A stretch of 20,000 bases of DNA from Chiloscyllium plagiosum (GCF_004010195.1 NC_057719.1:19767428-19787427); one strand, 5' to 3'; shown: positions 1-10,150, numbered from the stretch's first letter. Made by a program: numbers and translations. Notes: a model not told the origin generated them from the sequence alone.

Positions 1-405
1 TGCATAATGTGGAGAATCCAATCATAGCGGTGGACTGAGTTGAGAAAGAGCTAATTATTAAGTTTGCTCTCGTAAAAAGGAACTTTGGGTAATAGTGATC
101 ATTATATGATAGAATCTTGCAATAAGTTTGAATGCGATATAGGACATTTAGAAATTTGTGTCTGAGATCTAAAAAAAAGGAAATTAGAAATGTAGAAAGG
201 GCGAATTGGTGAGTGGTTTGGAAAAATACAATAAAAATTTGATAGTAGGCAGTCAATGGCTAATTGTTTTTTTAAAAAATCCTCCACAGTCTACAAAAGA
301 TATGCATTTCTTTCAGCAATAAACACTCAAACTGAAAAGTAAATCTACTGTGGTTGCCAAGAGATCTTAAAGATTACAGTAGATGGTAGCCAGATTAAGT
401 GAGGA
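1..405 (+). mobile_element. Old, degenerate CR1 LINE ORF2 fragment (end of APE endonuclease and start of tether)
   Basis: 85-114 translates LGNSDHYMIE, the C-terminal SDH motif of the APE domain (compare GGSDHNMIEF in the CR1 at about 5305-5334). A WL.R..KD-like motif lies near 350-385. Boundaries are approximate. Confidence 0.65.
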
Positions 406-811
406 TTGTGATCAATTTAGAACCAAGCAAAGCAGGATTAAGATACTGGGTAAGGAAGATAAATGTGCTGTGTAAGGGCTGTAAGATCCTGGTTCAACTT
501 TGCAATAATTTTGCTGAGCTACACATCACTGAGCATAAACCGCAGAGAGTAATAGAGACAGAATATTTTCTTTGTAAGACACACGTTAACACTTGGAAAT
601 GAACACATGAAGTTAGTTCCATCTTTAATAATGTAACTATCAGTCAAAGCCTGCTATATCTATGGTTATCATGTTTGGCAGTATTTGGTATTTATGTATG
701 GTAGTTAGTGTAACTTTGAAGTCTGAATCTGAAGACAGTTCTTGACTTTTCCTTCACCTCAAACACTTTGTCTTGAACTCAAACTCATTGTGTGACATTA
801 AACCAAACAAA

Positions 812-1107
812 AGATAAAGGGAATATGATTGAAAATTAGCAAGGAACAGAAAATGATTTGTGAAAGCTTCTTTAGGTATGTGAAAAGGAAACAATTAACA
901 AGGACAAATGTCCATTACATATGGGAACAGGAGACTTTATAATGGAGAACAGGAAATTATTGGAGAATATATACAGGTATTTTATGCCTGTCTTCACAGA
1001 AGAAGATACATAAAATCTTCCAGAAATACTAGGTAACTAAAGGACTTACGTAAATGAGAAAATAAAGGAAATTAATATTAGTAAAGAGTTAGTACTTGAA
1101 AAGTTGA
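812..1107 (+). mobile_element. Degenerate CR1 ORF2 tether fragment, probably continuing 1-405
   Basis: Decayed KLARN..CESFFRYVKRK, VFTEEDT and EINISKELVLEKL motifs, colinear with the CR1 at 5710-6195. Confidence 0.8.
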
Positions 1108-1527
1108 CCTATAGGGAGAGGCTGAATAGGTTGGGGCTATTTAGCCTGGAGCATTAGAGGCTGAGAGGTGACCTTGTAGAGGTTTATAACATCATGAGGG
1201 GCATAGATAGGTTGAACATACAAGGTCTTTTTCCTGACGTGGAGAGTCCAAACTAGAGGGCATAAGTTTAAGATGAGAGGAAAAGATTTAAAGGGAACTG
1301 AGGGGTAACTTTTTCATGCAGAGGGTGGTGTGTGTATGGAACGAGCTGCCAGAGGAAGTAGTGGAGGCTGGTACAATTACAACATTTAAAAGGCATCTGG
1401 ATGGGTATCTGAATAAGAACGGTTTAGAGGGATAAATGTTGGCAAACTGGACTCGGTCAGATTGGGATGTCTGGTCACGCCAATAAGTTAGTCCAAAAGG
1501 TCTGTTTCCATGCTATATGAGTCCATC
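1104..1527 (+). mobile_element. CR1 LINE 3' end (ORF2 C-terminus and 3' UTR)
   Basis: Translates LTYRERLNRLGLFSLEH*RLRGDLVEVYNIMRGIDR, with WNELPEEVV further on. Ends in the tail gtctgtttccatgctatatga. Confidence 0.92.
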
Positions 1528-2487
1528 TCCTGCTCACTTCAGCACTAATCTCTCATTTTGTTCAATGCACCATGTCCTTTCATTTACCCAGAATTGCCAC
1601 ACATCACAGAACACTGCATCAGTCTATCTGTGGCATTGAGCATCTCTAAAACAGTCTTAGGCTTTGGTATGACAGGAATGAATTTACAGCCACTTTATTT
1701 AGGAAAGATAAAATGTGTTTCAGAAATATTTAATTGATCCTAGCAAAAGGGGGAAGATAAAATTTATGGAGCATTCAATTTAATGCATACAATTAAATGT
1801 AAAATCAACATCCCTTTAATATGATACATTCCCAGCTCACTTTTGAAAAGTGAATTTTTGAGAAAAAGAATCTTTTCACATTTATGTTATCCAGTTATTG
1901 GTTAAATAGAATAAACTGGCTGACCTCAAATTTCAGCGTATTATCAACTTAGCTGATTCTACTATTTATCGACAGGAGGAATGCTCATGAATGGAGTATT
2001 TTCCAGGAGCACTGGTTGTCTGCTTTGATCACTGTCAGCTTAACAGCCAACAATTCAGTAAAGCTTTGTGTTTGTAAATCATGGGCTCAACAAAGTGAAG
2101 ATTTTTTTCTTCAAAGTTTCTATAATATGCAGATTAGTATTAAAAATATAAGATAGTCTATGCTTTTAGTTACATGATTGTAATACTACTTTTCATCAGA
2201 ACAGAAACAATCAGAATGAAATGGCAAAAAGAGTGTAACTGTATATTTATTGGTCTATACTTAGCTTTGCTAGAATCAGAAATCCCCTTGGCCTTACCTG
2301 CACAGCCCCTCAGTCTGAGGCTTAAACTTCTTCATGCAAGTGTAAGTATAAAGATGTATGTTTGCCTGCTGCAGTTATCGATCCACTAATTGTACCTAAA
2401 CGTCACGCTAGTTTAATCAATTGTCAATATTTCACCTGCATGAACAACACAGTTCAGTTACTCTTATCCACCACTTCACTCCTGTGA

Positions 2488-2692
2488 CAATCAACAAATG
2501 TGGAGGAACTAGCCCGGTACTGCTATTGAAGATAAGGTAGTTGGTCCAGTCCTGTTAATGAAGACAAAGAAGTAGAGTCAGTGCTGTTAATGAAGATAAA
2601 AGACTTGCCCCGATACTGTTGATGAATGCAGGGGACTTGGTCTGAACCTATTAGTAGAGGCGAATGAATTTTAAATCTGTCTGTTAAGAAGG
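2488..2692. repeat. Degenerate minisatellite, 32-bp period, 4 clear units plus 2 weak ones
   Basis: Units start at 2520, 2552, 2584, 2616 and 2648 with ctgctattgaaga, ctgttaatgaaga, ctgttaatgaaga, ctgttgatgaatg and ctattagtagagg. Confidence 0.7.
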
Positions 2693-3934
2693 CTCAAAAC
2701 TACTTTCCTTAAATGTCTAAAAGAGCAATCGTGATAATCCCCAATGGTTACCATCAATATGATTGATTATAATCTTTAATGTATAGTCCAATGCCCAGAT
2801 TCAACCTGATCTGTGCACAAGCGAAGACTATTATAGTTTATTCAAAAATTAATTGAATGTAACAGCAGTTGATGAAGATTATTAATTTGGGGGATAAAAA
2901 CAGGTTAGGTCTTATGATGTGCATGCTGTAAAGTTATCAAGATAGCTGAAACTTTTTTGTTTTCACAGGTTTTTAGGATTAATTAACAAAAGGCTTCAGT
3001 AATGTTACAGCTCCAGCTTTTCCTTGGTTTTGGCACTGCAGAAAATAACTCTCACTCTAAGGATTACAATCTCTTCATGAAATCTACATTGTTATAGCTC
3101 CCACAACAGATGTTGCAAATTTAGCTTCAGATGATTTTTTTTCTTATTATTTCTTTGAAAAGATAATCAAAAAAAGTCTCTGCTTGATACTAAATATTTA
3201 AAATTGCTGTTCTGCACTTTGTTATCTTTACATGCTCATAGTATAGTATATTAAAAAGACTTATAAAGAAATCTCATTTTTAAAAAAATTGAAATATGTT
3301 GATTATCTTCTGACAGCCAAGTAAGACTAGCTGCAGAATAAGGTGAGCTGAAATGTCTACAGTCGATAGAGACTGGGATTTAACAAAAGCTCACATGTTT
3401 CCACAACTGGGACATAAAATGCATCCTGAATGCAGAAAAGCCTTGCCAAATGCTTACTGGCAATTGCTAATTAAACAAGTGACGCTGTCCAATTGAGGGC
3501 ACCAGTTCACTTCCACCAGTCACTCCCACCAGTTACTCTCAGAAGCAGCTCACTCCCACCACTTTGAAGTGTCTGTGAAGCCCGAGCTTGTTGTGCTGGG
3601 GCCAGAGAGGCAGGTAGGCAGGAACCATTAGAGTTTGTGCACCCTCAAGTGGAGAGGACAGCCTTTGCCACTATGGGGGTGCCCTTCGTGGGTCATGAAG
3701 TGGCTATAAAGTCAGAGAGGTTATCAGCTTTAGCGATAGCAGCAGTCCCTCTCAATGACAGTAAAATGCCAGCAGAGGTGAAAAGCAGTCTTAACTTGGT
3801 TCAATTAGCCACTCATCTTCAAAGAGTGAGCAGATCCCCATGGCAGACAACAATCTGGGGCAGTGAGAAGATAACAAGCAAGAAACTTGTTAATTTATTG
3901 GCTACAAAGTATTTATTAGTTACAACTTGCATAA

Positions 3935-4636
3935 GGAGAAAGTGAGGACTGCAGATGCTGGAGATCAGAGTCGAAGAGTGTGGTGCTGGTCAGGCAACAT
4001 CCGAGGAGCAGGAGAATCGACATTTCGGACATAAGCCCTTCAGCAGGAATGAGGCTTGTGGGCCAAGATGTCTGAGAGATAAATGGGAGGAGGGTGGGGG
4101 TGGAGCGAAGGTAGCTGGGAATGCGACAGGTAGATGAAGATGAGGGTAAAGGTGATAGGTCAAAGAGGAGGTTGGAGTGGATAGGTGGGAAGGAAGATGG
4201 ACAGGTAGGACAGTTTAAGAGGGCGGTGCTGAGTTGGACGTTTGGATCTGGGGTAAGGTGGGGGGAGCGGAAATGAAACTGGTGAAATCCATGTTGATCC
4301 CATGTGGTTGGAGGGTCCCAAGACAGAAGATGAGGCATTCTTTCTCCAGGCATCAGGTGGTTAGGGTTTAGCGGTTGAGGAGGTCCAAGACTTTCATGTC
4401 CTTGGGGAAGTGGGATGGGAAGTTAAAGTGTTCGGCCATGGGGCGGTGGGGTTGTTTCATGCATGTGTCCCAGAGATGTTCTCTGAAACGTTCCTCAAGT
4501 TGGCATCCTGCCTACCCAATGTAGTGCAGACCACATCAGGAACAAGAGACTCAGTAGATGATGTGTGCAAAAGTGCAGGTAAATCTCTGTCCGATGTCGA
4601 AGGATCCTTTGGGGCCTTGGACGGAGGTAAGGGGGG
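3935..4636 (-). mobile_element. Penelope-like element, family A, 5'-truncated (decayed GIY-YIG, 3' UTR, terminal repeat with tail)
   Basis: Minus strand reads GPKGSFDIGQRFTCTFAHIIY*VSCS*CGLHYIG*, a GIY-YIG domain with stops. The terminus ggagaaagtgaggactgcagatgctgg is shared with other family A copies. A mutated hammerhead (CTGCTGA) lies at 4015-4050. Confidence 0.9.
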
Positions 4637-5897
4637 CATCTATGGGAAATTAGACAACCCGAGTTAAAATAGGAGGTAAGAGTGCAGAACTCAGGAAAGA
4701 TTATTAAAATCCCCAGCACAGACACAAATAGGACAGAGTGTATGGAAAGGGTTAGCAGTCAAACTTCAAGAGTGCTAGACCAATGAATGATGATGAAAAG
4801 ACGGACGGTTAATACAGGACTGAAGGTATCATCTGAATGCATGCCATATAAGGAACAAGGTAAATGAGCCTGTGGCCCAGATCAAAATTGCTAGGTATGA
4901 CGTGGTGGGCGTCACGGAGACGTGGCTGCAAGGGGATCAGGATTGGGAGCTGAATATTCAAGGGCATACATCCTATCAAAAAGGTAGGCAGGTGGGCAGA
5001 GGGGGGTGGGGTTACCTTATTAATAAGAAAAGAAATTAAATCAATGGTAAGAAACAAAGTAGAGTCAAATGGTGTAGAATCTGTGTGAGTAGAATTGAGG
5101 AACCGCAAAGGTTAAAAAAAAGCCATTGTTGGAGTTATGTACAGGCCTCCAAACAGTAGTCAGGATCTGGGGCACAAGATACACCAGGAGATAGAAAAGA
5201 TGTGTAGGAAAGGCAAAGTTACAGTGAGGGAACAGGCAATTCTGGATTTAGTATTGTGCAGTGAGGCAGACTTGATAAGGGAGCTTCAGGGGAAGGAACT
5301 CTTTGGAGGCAGTGATCATAATATGATTGAATTTACTCTGTAATCTGAGAGGGAGAAGATAGAATCAAAGGTAATAGTATTACTACTGAATAAAGGCAAC
5401 TACAGAGGCATGAGGGAAGACCTGGGCAGAGTTGACTGGGAAATGATCCTAGCAGGACAGACAGTGGAACAGCAATGAAAGGAGTATCTGGGAGTAATTC
5501 AGGAAACATAGCAGGGATTCATCCCAAGGGGAAAGAAGCATGGTACAGGGAGGATGAGGCAACCATGGCTGACACAGGAAGTCAAGGATAGCATAAAAGC
5601 AAAAGATAAAGCATATAATGTGGCAAATGAGCGTGGGAAACCAGAGGATTACAAAGCTTACAAAGACCAACAGAGGGCAACAAAAATTACAAGGAAGGAG
5701 AAGATTAAACATGAGGGAAAGCTAGCCAATAATATAAAGGAAGACTGTAAGAGTTTCTTTCGATATATATAGGGCAAAAGAGAGGCAAAAGTGGATATTG
5801 GACAGCTGGAAAATGACACTGGAGAGATACTAGTGGGGAACAAAGAAATAGCTGAGGAAGTGAATAATTACTTCGCGTTGGCCTTCTTAGTGGAAGA

Positions 5898-6087
5898 AAG
5901 TGAGGTCTGCAGATGCTGGAGATCAGAGCTGGAAATGTGTTGCTGGAAAAGCGCAGCAGGTCAGGCAGCATCCAGGGAACAGGGATCCAGCCTCATTCCT
6001 GAAGAAGGGCTTATGCCCGAAACGTCGATTCTCCTGTTCCCTGGATGCTGCCTGACCTGCTGCGCTTTTCCAGCAACACATTTCCAG
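5898..6087 (+). mobile_element. 190-bp palindromic PLE family A insertion
   Basis: 14-bp TSD ttcttagtggaaga at 5884-5897 and 6088-6101. Perfect 55-bp inverted repeat at 5929-5983 and 6033-6087. Confidence 0.93.
5995..6030 (+). ncRNA. Minimal type I hammerhead ribozyme motif, core intact
   Basis: attc-CTGAAGA-a-GGGC-ttat-GCCC-GAAA-cGTC-gatt. Predicted cleavage after 6026. Stem I is weak (one T-T mismatch). Confidence 0.8.
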
Positions 6088-6583
6088 TTCTTAGTGGAAG
6101 ACACAAGTAATATTCCAAAAATTCGAGAGAGTCAGAGGGATGAGCTGAGTATGGTGGCCATCACCAAGGAGAAGGTGCTAGAAAAACTGAATGGTCTGAA
6201 GGTGGATAAATCACCTGGGCCAGATGAACTACATCCAGGAGTTCTAAGTGAGATAGCTGAAGAGATGGTGGAGGCGTTAGTGGTGATCGTTTTAGGAATC
6301 ACTAGAATCAGGGAGGGTCCCAGAAGACTGGAAAATCGTTAACGTGACAAGTGGATAGAGGTTTGGTTGTCTGGCAGAAAGCAGAGAGTAGGGATAAAAG
6401 GGTCCTTCTCAGGATGGCAGCCAGTGACAAGTGATCTACAAGGGTCAGTGTTGGGACCACACCTTTTCACTTTATACAGTAATTATCTAGATGAAGGAAC
6501 TGAGAGCATTCTGGTTAAATTTGCATATGATACAAAGATAGGCGGAGGGACAGGTAACATTGGGGAGGCTCCAGAAGGATTTG

Positions 6584-6784
6584 AGTGAAAAGATGTGGTG
6601 CTGGAAAAGCACAGCCGGTCAGGCAGCATCTGAGGAACAGGAGAGTCGGTGTTTCGAGCATAAGCTCTTCATATGCTCAAAATGTCGACTCTCCTGCTCC
6701 TTGGATGCTGCCTGACCGGCTGTGCTTTTCTAGCATCACACTTTTTGACTTTCATCTCCAGCATCTGCAGTGCTCTCTTTCTCT
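6584..6784 (-). mobile_element. About 200-bp palindromic PLE family A variant insertion
   Basis: TSD cagaaggatttg at 6572-6583 and 6788-6799 (15 bp with one mismatch if extended). Arms 6584-6672 and 6673-6784 are inverted copies of the PLE terminus, and both have truncated hammerheads. Confidence 0.9.
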
Positions 6785-7303
6785 CTGCAGAAGGATTTGG
6801 ACAGGTTAGGAGAGCGGGCAAAGAAGTGGCAGATGGAGTACAAGGTGGGAAAGTCTGAGGTCATGCACTTTGGTGGGAAGACTTTGGGTCTATATGCAAT
6901 GGAGTTTAAAAGGAAGAGCGGGACCTAACTGAAACCTACAAAATACTGAATGGCCTGAACAGAGTAGATGTTGGAAACATGTTTTCATTGGTAGGAGAGA
7001 GTAGGACCCAAGGGCACAGCCTTAGAGTAAAGGAATACCTTTTAGAACGGAAATAAGGAGAGACTTTTTCAGTCAGAGAATGGTGAATCTATGGAATTCA
7101 TTGCCACAGAAGGCTGTGGAGGCCAGGTCATTGAGTACATTTAAGACTGAGATAGATAGGTTCTTGAGTATCAAAGGGATCAGGGGTTACAGGGAGGAAG
7201 CGGGGGAATGGAGTTGAGAAACTTATCAGCCTTGATTGAATGGCAGAACACACTTGATGGTCTGAATGGTCTAACTTCTGCTCCTATGTCTTATGCTGTT
7301 ATG

Positions 7304-7368
7304 TTTGATGTGGACTGGATGGGCCACATTGCCTGCTTCCATACTGTAAGGATTCTATGATTTTATGA
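7304..7368 (+). mobile_element. Short CR1-type or HE1-SINE-type 3' tail fragment
   Basis: gggcc...gcctgcttccatactgtaaggattctatgattttatga, ending in an (ATTCTATG)n-like tail typical of CR1-mobilised elements. Confidence 0.65.
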
Positions 7369-8284
7369 CAGGACTCAATTTCAAATTCCATGGTCCAGAT
7401 GTTACTTGTATTTTTTTTAAAATCTGCTTTTGGTAATCAGAACCAGTAATACTTCATTTCTTTTATTCTACCAGTTTACTGACCTCAGTCTCCTCGTGGA
7501 TGGCATATTGATAAAAAAGTAGGAGAGAGCAAGCTTTGATCTTTCGGGATCACAGTGGCAGCTATACAGGGAGGTCCTGGGAGTGATGGCAACATTATCT
7601 GGCTGGAAATGCTATGAATGTCTTTGGATAGGAAGGAATTGAATCATGTAATTCCAGTTCTATGAAGATCAGTAGTCAGGGGGGAACTTATGGAATAAAT
7701 ATTATTATTTAATTCACAAGGCAGACTTTTACTATTTACTGTAGTGCTTGCATTCGTACATTGCTAAATTTGTTCGCTGTATTAGCTTTATGCATCTTAC
7801 TTACCTACCGAGTATTCAACACTTTATATAATGCATTACACTTCCAAGAATTCCTGCTGTAATCTATTTTTTCAGAATAATTATATCACTTTATATTTGT
7901 TAGATAGCATAACAAAACAATGTCAGCAAAAAGTACAATCAGAATGGACAAGACAAGCTGCTGTGTTTTGAAACTGGTGAGTATAAAAAAACACAGGAAA
8001 GAATGAACACAATTTCTTCTTGAGGCCTGATTACAAATCATAGGATTTCTCATGATGTATCATTCTGCAGCAATTTGTGCATCAGCAAGTTATTAACTGT
8101 CCACATTGAACTTCTGTACACTTGTGTTAGAGTTCAGGATTGAAACTGTGACTTAGGGGAAATGTTCTGAGCTTCGCAGCCAGTTTCAATGTATCAGGCT
8201 TCAGCAGTGATATTCCCATTGGACTATTTCTGAATGTTGAAGTGTGTCAATAACAGCTCTGGTGTGCTGTGTTATAGCTAGACA

Positions 8285-8675
8285 GAAAAGGAGTAGGAAT
8301 GGAAACCCCTTAAGCCTGTTTTGATTCCATTAGATCTACACCTCAAATCAGTTTTTCTACCTTAGCTTCATATTCTTTGATAGCCATACACCCAAAAAAC
8401 AACCTTTGAATTCGACTTTGACAGGTTAAATTATCCCAGTGTGTGTAGCATTTATTTCTGAGAGAGGGAAAATTCCAAGTTTGTTTTGTTCAAAAACGCT
8501 CCTGATTTTCCTCATAAATAACTTAGCTCGAACTTTAAATTAACATCCTATATTGTTGATCTTAGTAATACCTGCCCTATTAATATTTTAACATTTTAAG
8601 CAGGTGAATTAGATCACTTTCTCAATATTTGATTCTCATGAGAATACAAACCAATCTATAATATGTTTTCCATAG
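8285..8675 (-). mobile_element. Old degenerate CR1 3' end
   Basis: Weak similarity to the reverse complement of the CR1 3' region (ggagtagg...cccttaagcctg...ttccaag...gagaatacaa). Confidence 0.5.
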
Positions 8676-8904
8676 TCGGACTCATGATCATGTTAGATGC
8701 AATGTTGAGGAAACAAAAGAAATGCAGTAAGGTTGGAAAACAGGTCAATAGCCAATACTAAGCACCCTGCCAGAATTATACATGGTTTGAAAATAGAGCT
8801 ATGCCTTCTTTAGGAAGTTCTGCTCTAGAAATTATCAAATACTTTAGCTAATTGTGTTCCATGTACACTTGTAAAATAGTTAAATCATTCATTAAATTTT
8901 TCAA

Positions 8905-9010
8905 AAAGATCTGTTGAAGCCGGAAGCGTTAACTTTGTTTTTCTCTCTGAAAATGCTCCTAAATATTTTCAGCATTTTCCTGATTCTATCTCCAAATTTC
9001 AGCTTCTTTA
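8905..9010 (+). mobile_element. Old PLE terminal-repeat relic (family C-like)
   Basis: gaagcgttaactttgttttctctct...cagcattttc resembles 12476-12545 and 13013-13085. Confidence 0.5.
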
Positions 9011-9317
9011 TAAAACTCTTGCTAGTGTTCTTCATACTTCATTATCAAATACGTTTTCACAATAGTAACTTGCAAAATGTTAAAAATTTCTGCTTCCAAA
9101 ACACAAGTGAAGTTCAACATTTGATTACCATGTGAAACAGTTATCCGACCTAAGGTCAGATATTAGACTGGAGGGAATTTTAGGTTCAATTAAGGCAAGT
9201 CATTTACATGCAATATTTAGGTTCTTATCAAAAGCTGAGATTCTGCAGCAAATATTTAACAAAAAAGCAGCTTGACGGACTACCTTAGAGAATATTAAAG
9301 TCAGCCATTTATCATGC

Positions 9318-9440
9318 AGGACTGGAGTCACATATAAACCAGACAAAATAGGGTTGCCATTTTTCCTTCACCGAAGGACATTTGGGAACCAATTAGATTT
9401 TTACTGAAATTATGAGACTTGTTATTTTGATTAATTTTTA
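9318..9440 (-). mobile_element. Degenerate fragment of the tRNA-derived SINE family seen at 14207-15284
   Basis: ctggagtcacatataaaccagac...ccttc..aaggacatt..gaacca matches the reverse complement of about 15100-15180. Confidence 0.7.
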
Positions 9441-9614
9441 ACATTGGTTCACATGCCCAAAACATAATGAACACAATTAGAAATATCTGTGCCAGGAGGT
9501 ATTGCTTGAGTAAATCATTCTAAACATGATTTGGAGATGCCGGTGTTGGACTGGGGTGTACAAAGTTAAAAATCACACAACACCAGGTTATAGTCCAACA
9601 GGTTTAATTGGAAG

Positions 9615-9649
9615 CACTAGCTTTCGGAGCGCTGCTCCTTCATCAGGTG
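9615..9649 (-). ncRNA. Minimal type I hammerhead ribozyme motif, core intact
   Basis: Reverse complement reads cac-CTGATGA-a-GGAGC-agc-GCTCC-GAAA-gcTA-gtg: 3-bp stem I, 5-bp stem II, AGCT palindrome in place of stem III. Confidence 0.85.
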
Positions 9650-9730
9650 GTAATGGAGGGCTCAATCCTAACACACAGAATTTATAGCAAAAATTTGCAG
9701 TGTGATGTAACTGAAATTATACATTGAAAA

Positions 9731-10150
9731 AGTCACGGTAGGTGCTGCAAGACGTGTCAGAGTGTGGACATAGATACCACATTTACGTGTGGGGACACCT
9801 CACACCATATACGTGTCAGGTACTCATGTGACTCAGCCAACGTTGTCTACCTTATACGCTGCAGGCAAGGATGCTCTGAGGCAAGGTACATTGGGGAAAC
9901 CGAGCAAAGGCTACGACAACGGATGAATGGGCACCGCGCAACAATCAATAGACAGGAGTGTTCCCTCCCAGTTGGGAAACACTTCAGTGGTCCAGGACAT
10001 TCGACCTCAGACCTTCGGGTGACCATCCTCCAAGTCGGACTTCGGGACAGGCAGCAGCGAAAAGTGGCCGAGCAGAGGCTGATAGCTAACCTTCATACGC
10101 ATAGGGAGGGCCTCAACCGGGACCTTGGGTTCATGTCACATTACAGGTGA
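9731..10150 (+). pseudogene. PLE GIY-YIG endonuclease domain, 5'-truncated, frame open
   Basis: HGRCCKTC linker, then NVVYLIRCRQGC..RYIGETEQRLRQRMNGHR, VGKHF, E..LI and GLN, all typical of PLE endonucleases. No native start or RT. Confidence 0.93.

Larger units (their letters stand above)
4640..7303 (+). mobile_element. CR1 LINE with degenerate, internally deleted ORF2 (APE and RT), interrupted by two PLE mini-insertions
   Basis: APE motifs YDVVGVTETWL, YRPPN and GSDHNMIEF; DKSPGPD; RT motifs QGSVLGP and KFAYDTK (from FADD); 3' tail ttctgctcctatgtcttatg. Apparent deletions near 5225, 6348 and 6890. Confidence 0.95.

Noticed and set aside
2488..2692. CRISPR-like repeat-spacer array
   Set aside because: The conserved part is only about 13 nt and degenerate, the variable parts resemble each other, there are no cas genes, and the context is vertebrate.
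2953..3002. Strong acceptor ttttttgttttcacag as an exon start
   Set aside because: Stops occur in all three frames within about 35 nt and there is no convincing donor.
3637..3945. 102-aa ORF as a gene
   Set aside because: GTG start, no recognisable domain, and it runs into a PLE terminus.
5791..6342. 183-aa ORF as a novel fusion protein
   Set aside because: It is CR1 ORF2 remnant plus a 204-nt insert and TSD that happens to keep frame. The surrounding ORF2 has stops and deletions.
9731..10150. Homing endonuclease, bacterial GIY-YIG gene or domesticated nuclease
   Set aside because: It sits within PLE termini and a TSD and is 5'-truncated with no native start.
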